Shown here one piece after another: positions 43,980 to 58,100 of a DNA stretch of 64,000 bases. The position numbers were made by a program, and so were the translations under genes. The notes under the pieces are model-generated. The model had not been told where the DNA came from. It saw nothing but the letters and a program-made list of their open reading frames with translations, and searched no databases. Origin of the DNA: the human T2T-CHM13v2.0 reference genome, Homo sapiens; assembly GCF_009914755.1 (NCBI RefSeq), contig NC_060926.1. One strand, written 5' to 3'. Position 1 is the first letter of the stretch; each line of letters starts with the position of its first letter.

Positions 43980-46900
43980 TTAAATGATTACCAACAGTGA
44001 ACAACACCTACATAGCAATCATACTGAAAAAAAATCATCCATTACAAAAGGTGAATAAGAAAAAATATATACATAAGAGAAAAATGAGGCAATGTAGCTT
44101 GAAATAAACATTTCTTTTGGTCTCTGGTTAGACTAGAAGTATTAATTAAGTTTTTAGCAGTCACTTATCAGGTTGCCTCTCAAGTTCCTCCCTCTCCCTT
44201 TTATTAATCTTGGTCTTCACTCAATGTACATGATAAAATTCCTGGACCATCAGCAGCCATTTTGAAAAATGGGATTATGCCCTCTTCATTTGATCCAGGG
44301 ATGGGCACAATCCCAAAAGAGGCCAATGAGAATCGTTTTCCTAAACTCTGCTTCCTTGACTAGGGGTTAATGGAGGTACTTCACACAAGCTGGGCAGAAG
44401 CTGAGATACACGAGGTCTCTATAGATGCTTACAGTGTTAAATTTCTAGTTCCAGGTCATTCCTGAGGCATAGCTGTATTCCTGCTATTTGGGTTCCACCA
44501 GCTTTCCATGAATTGTTCAAGTGGGCATATTTAATTTACTTTCTTTTGATTGAACTATTACAGGATACCACATTTCTAAAGAAATTCTTTCTAATCTCTC
44601 AAAATATTCATTAGTTTATATCATTTTATGTTTTTTCCTTGACACACTGCAGATTGAGTCTTGTAGTCTAACATATAGGTCAATTGATGTTGCAATGGCA
44701 AATTAAAAATGCCAGTTATCAAGGATGAAATGTAAACAGATTATTACATTCTGTAAGGTGTTATCGGTGCAATCAACACCCTGAGAGAAAGAAACATGAT
44801 TTGAGACTCAGCTTATATAAACATAGTGGGTCACGAGATGTCCCCACATCTTGATTGAGCTTCTACCAATTTTTGCGTTTGTTTCCTGTTTCTTTAAACG
44901 GTGAAACTGATTTTGTTCTTACTTACATTTAAATTTCACCTTGAAATTATGCCACTGTTCCTTATCAAATACTGACATATTCCTAAATTTAAACACTTGA
45001 GAAGGATAAACCCAAATGATAAATATCACTTAGTAATCCTCCAAGGTCCCTTGTCCCTGAATACTTTATGCTCGACTGCTGATTTGTAAGTCAAATAGTT
45101 TAGGTGTATGCCAGTGTTCACAGTCAGTCTTATCAACCTCATAGCACAGAGACCTTGTAATGTAATATCTCATCACCAAAACGACAGTTAGATAACCTAG
45201 GATCATGCTTCAAAGAATGTCTTAGCTGGCAAATACATATTTTTCAACAGATTGTTTGGTTGACTTAAATATCAGAACTGTCTTTCACCAAGTCTTGATC
45301 GACCGACTGTTAACTTTGAACCAGCACTGCCTTGTTTTGAATGCATTTCACTTAAGGTGATGAAAATAAAACCCTGTAGTATTAATAGAAATACCTTAAA
45401 ACCTTCATTTACTATCCACAAAATAACTATTTGGCATATATATAACCCTTTAGAAATCGAAACATCTTGTATCTATTTGAATTGCTAATGTGAAAAAAAG
45501 ACATGCAGAGAAAATTCCTAAATAATAGGAAGTTCTTAAATACAGGCTTTCATTTTCTTATTATAAAAAGTTGGCACTAATTATGTAAGTCTTTCTGCTA
45601 ACTTATAGTTTAAAGCTGGATGATGGTCTTTGGTGCTTTATTACCATGATGAATGGAAGAAAACGTATTCAACACACTTGGATCACAGTTAACAGACTAC
45701 AGAAATTGTTTCTCTTTTTGTTCCTCTGATATTGTTTTATGAAGTTCAAGCTAATCAAAATCTAAATCTAAAAGGGAGAAAATAATTTATTGATTAGAAA
45801 TGGGCAATGGTGCCTAAGCCCTGTAATGAGATGAATACTAAATCCACCAGAGGAACATTCTGAATGCTATTTTTACTCATTATAGGAAATGGTTATTGTT
45901 AAACCTTTGGAAAGAAGACTATAGAAAGATGCTTGGAGATGAGGGTCTCTTGAGACTTATCAGTAATTTCAGATGGAACATATTAAGAAAAAACAAGAGT
46001 TCTCACCCACTGTGCATCTCATTGCAACATATGCCCTGCTGCAGTCCTAATCTGAAGTCAACTAAAGTCTTGGTATATGTCCTGGAATTTATTTACCCCT
46101 AAGAGAGCTTACAGACATTGAAACTGAATTCACCACATCTGGTTCAAAAGTGTGTCATCCTGAAGGTAGCATTACTCAAAAGACAGTAAATAAATAGAGG
46201 CTATTTTCCCATAATATCCCAAGTTATATCACATGTAATTTAACAGATAATATGTATTTTCATACTATAGCTACTAAGTCATTATTATGTTTATTAGAAC
46301 ATGCCAGAAGTATAAAAATAGTATTTTATATTTATATAACACAGAATAGATAACAAGAATCATTTTTTTAACATCCTAAACAACCTAGGAGCAGTTACTT
46401 ATTAATTTGCCTTTCAAAACCAGATTCGCTGGGCTCCCATTGAGCTCCCAACTTGTAGGTAGCAGGAAAATTTAGACCAAGATCTTTTATATCAAGATTC
46501 TAAATTCAGTATTTCTTTTACCTAAGAGGTCTCCTAATTAGTACTTATAAAATTCTCTTTAAAATATTAAAATTGAAAAATGGAACTACCCACTTTTAAA
46601 AATTTTACTGAATTCACCCAGGAGTTTAAATTAAGTAAATTTTAGACACAGATGATGGTAAATTTCTCTGTACAATAGACAAAGTATTAAATAAAAGAAT
46701 GATAATCTAATGTCACAATTCTGTTTATTTCAGAAGCAGTGGAAAGACTTTATGCCTCATTAAGGGAAGTCTTTTGCTTCATTTTCAGTTAGAAAACCCT
46801 GCTAGCGGAATTATATCTGGGCTATTTCTAAATATTTCATTCTCATTTGTAAACGGGAATGTTATTTCCTTAATAGTTACACATGCCCATGAAGTACATA

Positions 46901-48439
46901 GAGAGTTCCTGTACATAAAAAAGATTACTAAAGAGATGTAGATATTATAAGAGAAAATAACCAGTGGGGAAATAAAGGAAATGTGGATTTGAAATAGAAA
47001 AGGAATATGGATTTGGAAAATTTTTTTTTTCTATAGGCTGTTACTTTAAATGACAATTGAATTACCAAGTAGAAGAGTGGGTTTCTCTCTAATAAACCTA
47101 TTGATATTATTTATGGATCTCAAAAGTATAAAGATACACTAAAAATGTTGTTATGGTCACTATATGTGAGATAATTGTATGTACAAGTGAAAAGAATAAC
47201 AGAACATTTTCAAAATATATTCATACCCATAAACCCAGTAAAATAAGAGAATTCATAAATTTACCTTTTTAAAATCAACATTATATGAAAAACTAAAGAA
47301 TATTGTATTTTGAAGCGCCGTTCTGCAAAAGAATAAAATGTGTTTTCTTTCGTAAGAGTATAGTAGCACATTCATTAAGTAAGTGAATGCTGCACATTTT
47401 GAAATAAATTTATTTTAAAGGCACTGGGTGCATTGTTTTAATCACAAGAGGAAAAACCTTTTCTGATGTTATACTCAAACCCCTTGTGTTTGCAAGTCTC
47501 CCAAAAAGCTTACACATGTTTCCTATGGTGAATTTTCCACATGCTTGCTAGAGCTGACAATTTTTAATTTACTGGTCAGATTTACCTATTATTTGTACGC
47601 ATTAGACTAGACATATTCCTGATTCACCAAAATTCTTTGTAGGGATAGAAGGAAATTATAGTCAATAGAGCTGAGGTCAAGTGGGCCCTTAGATCTTAAT
47701 TATAACTTGTTTAAAAAAATAAGAAAAATGAAAAAATAACTGGCTCCCTTGGCTATTTTCTTACCAGGAAACAAATGAAAAAGGGAAATTTATTTCTGAC
47801 CATAAATCCCAAATGTTTCATTTTCATTTTCCCCAAGTTAACTTTCTCACCTAGCTAAGCAGCATTTTTGCTATTATTAGCTTGTGGTCCAATATTAGCT
47901 GACCAGTATCCGTCAAACTCCTCAGTTCAATGAGCTCAGGGACTCCCAAAGAACTCTGTGTATGCAGACTTCTACTTACAGCTTCTAATTATTTTCTAAC
48001 AGATAATGGAATATTTAATTCAGAGAGGTTAGATTAAATTTGTAAGTGGATCAAAACCCTAGATAAAGTTGCAGCAGCAAGGATCACTGTAGAAAACTCA
48101 AAGCTTTTTAGTTTTGAGATCCAACACCCTCACTGATTGCTTATTCGTCTGTGACGAACTGGTCTCATAATTGTAATCCTCAGAGGTGCTCATTTTTTTT
48201 CTAATCACACTATGCCATGCTATACATAAACTGTAAGCAACAGGCACCAAAAAGATGGCCTCTTAGGAGATGCAATAGCATTTTTTGGGAAAAAAACAAG
48301 CTATATATGTAGTATACATAGAATACTATGATTGTTTTAATAGACTCAAATAAGTATAGATTGTATGATAATCACTTCATGAAAAGCGTTAATGATTAAA
48401 ACATTTATGCAATATTTATAAAAACTTTTTCGCATCAGA

Positions 48440-48600
48440 TTTTTTTTTTTTTTTTTTTTTTTCAGACAGGGTCTCACTCTGTCTCCCAGGCTGGAGTGTA
48501 GTGGTGCGATCTCTGCTCACTGCTGTCTTGACCTCCAGGGCTCAACCAATCTACCCACCTAACAAGCTGGGACTATAGGCATAAGCCACCATGCTCAGGC
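48440..48600 (-). mobile_element. AluJ/monomer fragment
   Basis: Poly-T then agacagggtctcactctgtctcccaggctgg. Confidence 0.85.
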
Positions 48601-49599
48601 TCCAGAATCTTTTTTTTTTTAAATAAATTCAGAGGATTTGTGTGTGTATGTGTGTTTTAAGAAAGTTATACACAGTTTGATTTTCTAATCTGAGAGTAAG
48701 AGTGAGTAACATAAAATGTCATATGGAGCAATAATAAATAAGAAGAAAAAGATGAGGCCATCAACTGGCTTTGAACAGTAAGAATACCTCTTGAACAAAG
48801 CTTGATTTCCATCGATGCAGCGGGCAGCTGAAGGAAATCAGAAGAAAAACTCAGAAGAAACAAAACTTTTGACTGAACTGCCACAGGTATTGTTACATGT
48901 GGCCCACCTGCCTCTCATTTAATGTGATCTTTTGGAGGAGGCAGAGTAATGGTATGAGAAGCCAGTTGACTTTAGAGCTAGGGAACTTTCAGTTCAAATC
49001 CAGGCTCTGTCTTCCCTTATCGGCTTTGCAATGAGAACAATGATTTAAATACTATCTGTAAGCTTTATTCTTCTCTCAAAATAGGCATATTAATACTGGT
49101 TTGTAGGCATTCTTGCAGCCCAATATAGATACAAAGAATCATTTAATTCTTTATAATTTACAATTTTGATCTTAATGCTACATGTGGTTCTAGAAAATCT
49201 TCGGAAAATATTTCTGCTATTAATAGTGGATTCATGGTGGATAATGGAACCAAGGAATGCTAGGCTGATCCTTTTTCACCCTGGCTTTGGTGTGCAGTTG
49301 AGTTAAATTATTTTCCACTATACTCCATTTCCTTATTGTACAGATTAGCTCTTGTAATTAGAAAAGGGGCAGGAGGATATTAGTGCAAATAAAACCATAC
49401 CTAAATTCACCCTTGTTTACATTAATATATTCAGTTAATTTGGATGGAAATCAGCCCACATGTGATCCAGGATTACTGACTTCTGCCCCTCAATGTGGAA
49501 TCACTTTCTAAACATTAAGAAGATTTCTAGCAATCTGGGGTCATCTCTAACCCTCTACTTGAGAGAACCATTTTACTAACTATGACCATTCCTAAGGGT

Positions 49600-50380
49600 G
49601 ATGATGGTATGCAGACTATACACCAGAATGAAGGCCTCAGCAGCAGCCCAAGAAGCAAAGGTTTTTCTCTGACTTTCTCCTGTCCTCCTGTCGCTCAGTC
49701 CCATTTTCCACCAAGGCAAGCCATAGAACCTAGAATCCCTCTTTCCCCAGACAGAGCATACAAATGAGAACCCCTTTTCCTGAAAGCCAGCCATAAAATC
49801 TGAAAATATTCTATGTAAAAACTGGCCATAAAAGAATGATCTGACCTACCTGTTTGACTGTAGGTCATTAGACCCACATTCCAGAGAGGGCCCTGCCCCC
49901 ACACCCAGTAGGAAAGAATGCATGCTCAGAGAAATCAACAAGAATTTAGACAGACAGGCCTTGCTGGGTTTCCTCACTCAATTAATATTAGATCACACTC
50001 TTTCACACTCAATCATATTTCCATAAGTCTGGCTATACTTTTTTGAACCTAAGCATAAGAATGGACAATTTTCCCTGTATCTTTGGGTCTTCATTAAATA
50101 CATTTTAAAGTCTTTTAATTAGGCATTTTTCTTCAGAAACAGGATCTTGCTCTGTCACCCAGGCTAGAATGCTGCACCAGGATCCTAGCTCATTTCAGCC
50201 TTGAACTGCTGCACTCAAGTGATCTTCTCACCTCAGCCTCCCACAGTAGCTAGGACTACAGGGGTAGGACACCATGCCTGGTAGAGATGGGGTCTTGCTA
50301 CCTTTCCTCCTATTAATTTGCATCATGTCAGTGAGTTTTTAAGAAAAACCTTTAGGAAACCAAGGGCCTTGGCCCCTACA
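49600..50380 (+). mobile_element. ERV1 LTR (MER39-like) interrupted by a reverse AluJ fragment at about 50125-50300
   Basis: gaatgaaggcctcagcagcagccc...aaagccagccataaaa...cagacaggccttgctgggtttcc, terminal ccttggcccctaca. Confidence 0.75.
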
Positions 50381-51667
50381 CTGACAAAGTTCCTGTCCAT
50401 GACTTAAGGACATAACCAGGTAAATAAAAACAGACCTATTGTCCATTTCTTTAGTTTCTGTCAGTCTATGGTTTGGAAATTGTAGACATAAACCTCTGAC
50501 TGATAACAACAGTGGTGTTAAGTAAAATGAGGAATTCTCTTGATTATTTTGAGGAAACGATCATAAAAAATTTTCTAAGCTATCCTTGTAAAGTAGACGC
50601 TTTTGTAATACCATTTTTAGCAATGCCAGCCATGTGATCATTGTAATAAGTAATTACCCAATGGTATCATTAAACTTAAAAAAAAAAGATGAAGAGAATT
50701 TTTATCTTTTATCCACATACCATACATGTGTAAAGATACATATGTCTTTTTATTAGATTTTTAGATGTGTCTTTTTATTAGACTTATTAGATTTTATTAG
50801 ATACATATGTGCCTATTGCAATTATCACAGCATAGTAAGCCTTTTTTCCCTTAACCAAATTACTGCCCTATGAATAACTAATTACTTCATGCCATATAAT
50901 GCAAACCAGGACTTTATGCAGATAGTCCCTTCCTCCTGCAGGAACAGTATTTTGTATCCTTAACTCTGGAAACAGATCATTAACAAAACCATTGAGGTTT
51001 GACATATTGGAAATTGCTGATATTTTGGAAATTCTATTTTCTGGTGTTTGCTTGTCCTTTGGGCAAAAGATTTCTACCTGCATTTTATGAACAGCTGAAT
51101 ATTAGAAACTGTTCCTCCTAGTGATACAGTCAAACTGAGTGGGGATTTTTCCTAAGTCATAATAAGTATCGGTTGCTGTTCAGATTGGAATAAGAAATTG
51201 CACATGATTAGTTTAATTCTCTTTCAGCCCTATGTGGCATCATAACACATCCTCTAGTCATGTACAAAATTCACAAACTGTAGGTTAGAGAGCTGGAAAA
51301 TACCTACAATATGGAAAACGATGTCTTCAACAGACAACTGATTTCCATTTACTAAATGCAAATATTGGTGCAGTAGACTATGTGCTCTTGAGAAATGTCC
51401 TTTCATTCACACAAATTCAAGAAATGCTTCGGAGAAACAGAGGCAGACAAAAAGTTAATTAAGTTACAGGTTGAGGCTTACCGAGAGCAACCTGTATTGG
51501 ATCTGGATAGTCTCTTTTAGGTACTTCAATGGAGAAATTAAGCCTGTTGGAATGCAAAACTTGTCAAGCACTTTGTCTTAGTATCCCCTAAGGCAGTATT
51601 TAAAGCTCAAATTTTAGGATAACTACTAAATTCTGTTAACTCTCAACTGGAAATGCCTGCAGTCAAC

Positions 51668-52196
51668 TGAGGGACTAAGTGGCTATGTTGGCTGGACTTC
51701 CTGGGTCAATAGGGACTTCCCTAAGGGGACTTTCCCCTAAGCCAAAATGAGCCACAGCTGCAAGCTAAGGGATTGAAACTTCAACCAATCATATAGGGAG
51801 TTTAAGCTACAGCTGCAGCCTGATGTTTTTAACCAATCGGGCCCGCCAACCCACAAGCAGATAGAAAATAAGCTAATTCTGTAGGACAGAAAAAGGAAAA
51901 GGGGAGGGGTCATAAGGGGATATAAGCATAAGACACCCAAGCCAGAAAGGCAACCCTTCTGGGTCCAAAGTAAGGTGTGGAAGCTTTACTTTTGCTTTCG
52001 CTTTACTTTTGCTTTCGCTTTACTTTTGCTTTCGCTTTAATGAGTCTTGCTGCCACACACTCTTTAGGTCCGCACGTTGCTCTAATCCAGCTGTAACACT
52101 TGCTGCTGTGGTTCACGGCTTCATTCCTTGAAACCCGTGAGACCACGAACCCTTCGATGAAGAAAAACCTTCAATCGAAAGAAGAATTTCATCTCA
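51668..52196 (+). mobile_element. ERV1 solo LTR of the HERV9/W/30 group (LTR30/LTR12/LTR17-like)
   Basis: TGAG...CTCA ends. TSD caac (51664-51667) / cgac (52197-52200) differing by one CpG transition. Two CCAAT boxes, gatataag, and U5 gagaccacgaaccc motif. Confidence 0.75.
51983..52033. repeat. Three perfect tandem copies of gctttacttttgctttc (17 bp)
   Basis: Units at 51983-51999, 52000-52016 and 52017-52033. Confidence 0.95.
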
Positions 52197-52849
52197 CGAC
52201 TGCTTTCATTTATTTATTTTTGCCAAAATCTGTGATAAAATCAACTTTATTTTTCTTTTCATCCTTGTATTCTCACTCTTACTGAAACAGAAAATAAAAT
52301 AGAGAGGTCAAAAGGAGAAGAGATCCTGATGCACGTTTTAGCTGGAGAAGCAAACAGTATCCCAAATTACTACACAAGTCACCAAGAACTCAGAAGTAAG
52401 AAGCTAAAAATGAAACCTAATACTACCCTCCCATGTATAATGGAAACACTAACAGGCAAGCACTCACAAGATTCCCTTAAAACAGGTTCCCCTAATAGAA
52501 ACTAAGGAAAGTTATTGGCCTATTGCATGCATAGGAAAAAATCTTCCAAGGGTCTTCCTCCTCAAAGGGTTTTCAGAGGGTACATGAATACCATGTCAAA
52601 ACGGAAGGTCTAGTTCTCTGTGTTTCATCTGGCACTCTAAATTCAAGACAGATCTTAAATTGAGTTTGTAGAAATGAATCATATATGAGCACTATAAATA
52701 CCTAAGAAAAATTATTCCAACTACAATATGCTAAATAAAGATAGAACAATTGGGAAAAATATCACAGAAATTAATTGGGCTGGTATAGAGAGGATGTAAA
52801 GGAGAATAATAAGTCTTTAAAACATGGAAAAAAAATCAATTCAGACAAT

Positions 52850-53800
52850 TAACCAAGTAGTTATTCTGTCTCCTATGTGCTGATATTGTGCTTGCTCATA
52901 GATATGCAGTGATGGAGTCAGCAGACATATTTGCTGTCATCAAGGATCTTGTAGTCTAGTGGTGGAGAGTGGAATTCTACAATTAAAAACTAAGATAAAT
53001 AATATTAATATATAATAACTTATTAAAATTTCTGAGTACTATTAGTAAGTTATAACTTTAGAAATCAGGAAAGGGCTCTTTGAGAAAGCACACTTAAGCT
53101 GAGAAAATAAGGATAACTAGGAGTTCATTAGGTATGATTGGAAGATGAAAACTCCAGGTGAAGGCACTGACTGGCTTGGCTTATAAGGGGAGTGGAAAGA
53201 AAGTCAGTGAAGAGAAAGACTATTGGAAAAGAAATCAGGAGCTCTGTAAGCTAAGAATCTGATATTTTACTTTAGTAAAGCCACTAAAGGTCTCATGCAG
53301 AGGACCTGCACAATTCAAGCTTTGTATTAAAAAGTAGGGAGATCAAATCTAGTCTCATAACTTAAGCTGAAGAAGTTGAGGGCTGAGATTAAGATGACGA
53401 CAAAAGAGTATAAAAAGAAGAGGAAATTGTCCAGATGTGTTTTTGGCATAGAATCAAAGCATTTACTCTCGAATTGGAGGTTGGTTGTTTGTGGGGTTGT
53501 GACATTCAAGGATAAATTTCAAATTTCTGGTAGGGACAATAGGGTGGATACAGATACAAAATATATAAATGGGTGAAATCGAAGGCAGAAGAGATTGAGA
53601 AGAGTGGATGAAGGCATCTATTCAAGGTGTGCTAGACTTGGGACGTCCCTGAGATTTCCATGTGGCAATATTAAGGATGGAGACAAGGTCAGATTCACAA
53701 AACAGACTAGAGATGGAACTTGGTAGTCTAGTGAGATGATCTAGGAAAAATTTATAGATTGAAAAGAAGTCTAGAACTTTGCATTGAGATATTTCAATAT
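52850..53800 (-). mobile_element. L2 fragment
   Basis: Purine-rich reverse L2 pattern beginning with ctatgtgctgatattgtgct and cttgtagtctagtgg. Confidence 0.6.
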
Positions 53801-54061
53801 TTCTGATATTGCTTACTGCCTGTATGATTTTAAGAAGCAGGAAAGTTGAAGATTTTTTGTAAGAACATGGTTACAATGATGGTCCATGAATCTAAGCGGG
53901 CTGCAGAGAGATGTGAGATAGGAAGCACTGAGGGATCGTGAGACAAAGGAGAGTCAGTGAAAGGAAAATGAACTAGAAAGGCAGGAGAATGTAGCTGAAG
54001 ATGGAGATATTTGAAATAGTAATTTCAAATGTGAGGCTCCTGCTGATTGCTTACTAGTTCT

Positions 54062-55169
54062 AGAGACAACCTACAAAATGGGAGAATATATTTGCAAACT
54101 AGCCATCTGACAAGGGTTTAATAACCAGAATATATAAGGAGCTCAAACAATTCTATACGAAAAAAATCTAATAATCTGACCAAAATGTGGGCAGAAGACT
54201 TGAATAGACATTTCTCATAGGAAGACATATAAATGTCAAATAGGCATATGAAAAGGTGCTCAATATCACTGATCATCAGAGAGCTGCAAATCAAAACTAC
54301 CATGGGATATCTCACCCCAGTTAAAATGGCTTAATACTTACATCCAAGACAGGCAATAACAAATGCTGGCAAGAATGTGAGGAAAAGGGAACCCTCATAC
54401 ACTGTTGGTGCAAATGTATATTAGTATAACCACTATGGAGAACACTTTGGAGGTTCCTCAAAAAACTAAAAATTGAGCTACCATACGATACAGCAATTCC
54501 ACTGCTGGGTATATACGCAAAATAAAGGAAATCAATATATCAAAGAGATATCTGCACTCCTATGATTGTTGCAGCACTACTTACAATAGGTTAGATTTGG
54601 AAGCAACCTAAGTGTCCATCAACAGATGTAGGAATAAAGAAAACATGGTACAAATACACAGTGGAGCACTATTCAGCCGTAAAAAAAGAATGCAATCAAG
54701 TCATTTGCAAAGCTTGGATAGAACCGGAGATCATTATGTTAAGTGAAATCAGCAAGGCAGAGAAAGACAAACATCATCTGTTCTCATTTATTTGTGAGAT
54801 CTAAAAACCAAAACAATTGAACTCATGAAGATAGAGAGTAGAAGGATGGTTACCAGAGGCTGGGAAAGGTAGTAGGGGGCTGGGGATGGTTAAATAAAAT
54901 AAAATGTAAAAATATAAAGAATGAATAAGGCCTACTATTTGATAGCACAACGAGGTTACTATAGTCAATGGTAACCTAATTGTGAATTTTAAGATGACTT
55001 AATGAGTGTGATTGGATTGTTTGTAACTCAAAGGATAAATGCTTGAAGGGATAGATACCCCATTCTCCACGATGTGCTTATTTCACATTGCATGCCTGTA
55101 TCAAAACTTCTCATGTACCCCATAAATATATACACCTGCTCTGTACCCACAAAAATTAAGAATAAAAAA
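54062..55169 (+). mobile_element. 5'-truncated L1MA (L1MA2-like)
   Basis: ORF2 C-terminal remnant and 3' UTR gataccccattctccacgatgtgcttatttcacattgcatgcctgtatcaaaac. Confidence 0.88.
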
Positions 55170-58100
55170 TCCACTATTAGTATGGAACAGGATATAGCTA
55201 AGAGTTACTATGTGAAGCCATACACATGAAATTTTATAATGTGAAAATGTTATAGAACAAAATACCTTTTCAAATAATTTTATAAGCCTGTTATACTCTA
55301 AGAGAAAATGTAAACTGATAAATTATATTCATTTCACTTGATTAATGTAATATCAATTAGATTTAAAATAATTCCCATCAAGATACTGCATATCAAATGG
55401 AAATATGGAGAAGAGAAACATAGAAAGACTATTCACATGAACATTTCTTCAGAAAATAGGATAACAGCAGTTGTGTAAGATAAATAAAATTTCCTATGGT
55501 ATATATAGAGAAAAACAAGCTATTCTTTTTAATAAGAATATTACCATTTACATAATAAAGTCAGATGACTTAAAACACTTTTCCTTGCAGTATCTCACTG
55601 TGGTAAATCTGGTGTGGAAAAGTTGAAACAAAAGCCAAAAAAATTCATGCGAATGCAAAGCCATGACTGTTGAGTAGTCACTAGAATTGAGAATAATTAC
55701 ATAATTTCTTTCATTTTTTTAAAGAAAGCAAGTAATTTAGATAAAACATTTAAAAACAGTCAACTGTTACTAGGTTTAAATACTGGGGAAAAATACAGAG
55801 TGAAGGGAACTCAGAAAAAGTGAATAGTCTGTCTGATTTCATGAGATAGTGGTGCCCAATTTTAAGAATCTTGTTCAATAGCATCATTTCTTATGTATGT
55901 GTTCTGCACCATTTTGTGGATTTAAAAAAAAAAGAAAACAAAAAACAACAAAAAAGCCTGCATTTTCCCTGTGAAATGGTTCTGTCTGAAACAAGAACTA
56001 GGAGCAGGTGTAAATGCAGGTATTCTTATGAAGGTGCGCCTTTAGAGTCATTTTCTTAATGTTGTTCAATATGATCTTTCTTTATGGGAATGAAGAATGT
56101 ACTGGTCATTCACTAGCAGTGTGTTATTATTGTCATTATGAATCCATTAGACATATTCAGGTGAGCAGAGTAACAGCCCTGGGTGACCAAACTCTCCTTC
56201 TCTTGCTTTTAGTGTAGCATTTAATAGAACACAAACTGCCCCTTATTTATTTTTTGCCTATGGTAAAAATTCTAAGAAAATATAAAAGTCCTCTCCTTTA
56301 CCCTTGAATATCAATAGAAGTTTCATTGTGGTGATAAATTTTGAGTATTAAGTTGCCACATTTGTGTTATTTATTATAATAACCAGTAAAGCACAGCTAT
56401 GTGTGATGAATAGAGTAGTGGTTATTGAATCTAGAATATTCTATTTCAAGCATAAAGTTAGAGTGGAGAAAAGGGAGTCTAATGATTAATAAGATTGTGC
56501 AATTTCCATTGTCTTTGAAAGCTTTTTTCCCCTGAAGAACTGTACAAACAAGCATACAAATACAAATATGCACATACGCTAGTTTGCAGAAACATGGTTG
56601 CAGCAGATCTTATTTAGCTTGAAAGTTATCCTTGGAACACTCTACCATAGTGTTATACCAGATGACCCCCACCCACCTTTCTTTGCTTGACAGCTTTCTC
56701 TTTCCACTGAGCCTATTTTGCCATCCTTGGCTGGAAGGATATGTAGGGGGTGAAGTGTGGCTCTTTCCCAGCAGCTCTACACCCTCAGCTCCCTTAACCC
56801 TTGAGTGGGGTAATTTTGAGGTGTATGTCCTACACTGGCTGCCAGAGTCTCTCCAGTGAAAAGAAGCTCCAGTCACTTACAACGGCAGCTAGCTTTATTA
56901 GTTCTCCTGTCTTATTTCTAAACTCCCCCATTGATGAGTCCTTCACCTCCAAAATAAATGACTTTCACATTCTTATTTCAAGGGTAGCTTCTGCATCTGT
57001 AAGAACCCAAACTAACACAAGTTAAACTTATTACTTTTAACCAAGTAACTCTGGAATATTTATAATTTCAACTCAACCCTTAGATTCAAATTACAAATAA
57101 TTTTTCTTGAACCTACCTCTTTTTTGTGGTTTGTTATTCAAATACTTTTATAATGATCTACACACATAACCAATGAGCTAAAAATGTAGGTATGAAATAT
57201 AGGCTTATGTTTATGTTAAAATTAGAGCAGCCTGCATTAGATACTAAATTCACCGTTGATGTTGCCAGTTAAACTGCATTTTAATCATTGTGATGCTATC
57301 CTTCTAATGTTTTGAAAGAAGTCTCGAAAATAGTAGGACATGTTTCTGCCTGGTACTTATTAAACTCTGCTGATAGCTGTCCATCAATCTGTTAATCTTC
57401 CAGCATCTATCCACAAGAGAAAAGGCACAGTCAAAATATTTTCTTTAACTTTTTTTAACTTTTAAAGAGAACAGAGTCTTCTGAATCTGTTGGTTACCAA
57501 ATCCATCAACCATCTAGGAAAATGACTCCTTTCATGGCTCAACCAGAGCCTCATCTAAAATTCAGCAGAAATCTAAGACTTCAAGCTGCCATCTCCACTC
57601 TTGTTTCCATGGGAATATACATCAGATCAAGAAAAAAAATGGATGGGGTTAGGAGCTTTCAAATAATCATTCAAAATCATGATGAGGATTTTAGAGATTT
57701 TTTCTTAGGTGTGATTATTTTGTAGGCTCTTAACCCCCTTTTGCCAGTCTGTTTCCATGGAAATATGACAAAAATGTCTGTTCAAGCCTCCAGCAGAGAT
57801 TATTAGCATTCTCATGAATTTCAGCTTTGGCTGTAGTCTAGGCTGGCAAGATTTTTTCTACCAGTTTTATAAATTAACCTATACTGTTTCTACTCTTTGT
57901 AATTTTCCTTTATAACTTCTACTTTTTAAAAAATTTCCCTTCACAAATTTATAGTTATGATCAAGATCAAATTGAATAATTGGCATATCACTGAAAAAGG
58001 CTTCAGTTTTAAATTTTAATATATGAGCCAGGACATGTAGCAGTGGCGTGTCAGAAACTTTAGAGAACTGGAGAAAGAAACAATATTTAGTTTTTGGCCT

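Noticed and set aside
51983-52033. Short repeats as a CRISPR-like array
   Set aside because: Head-to-tail copies without spacers, in human LTR context.
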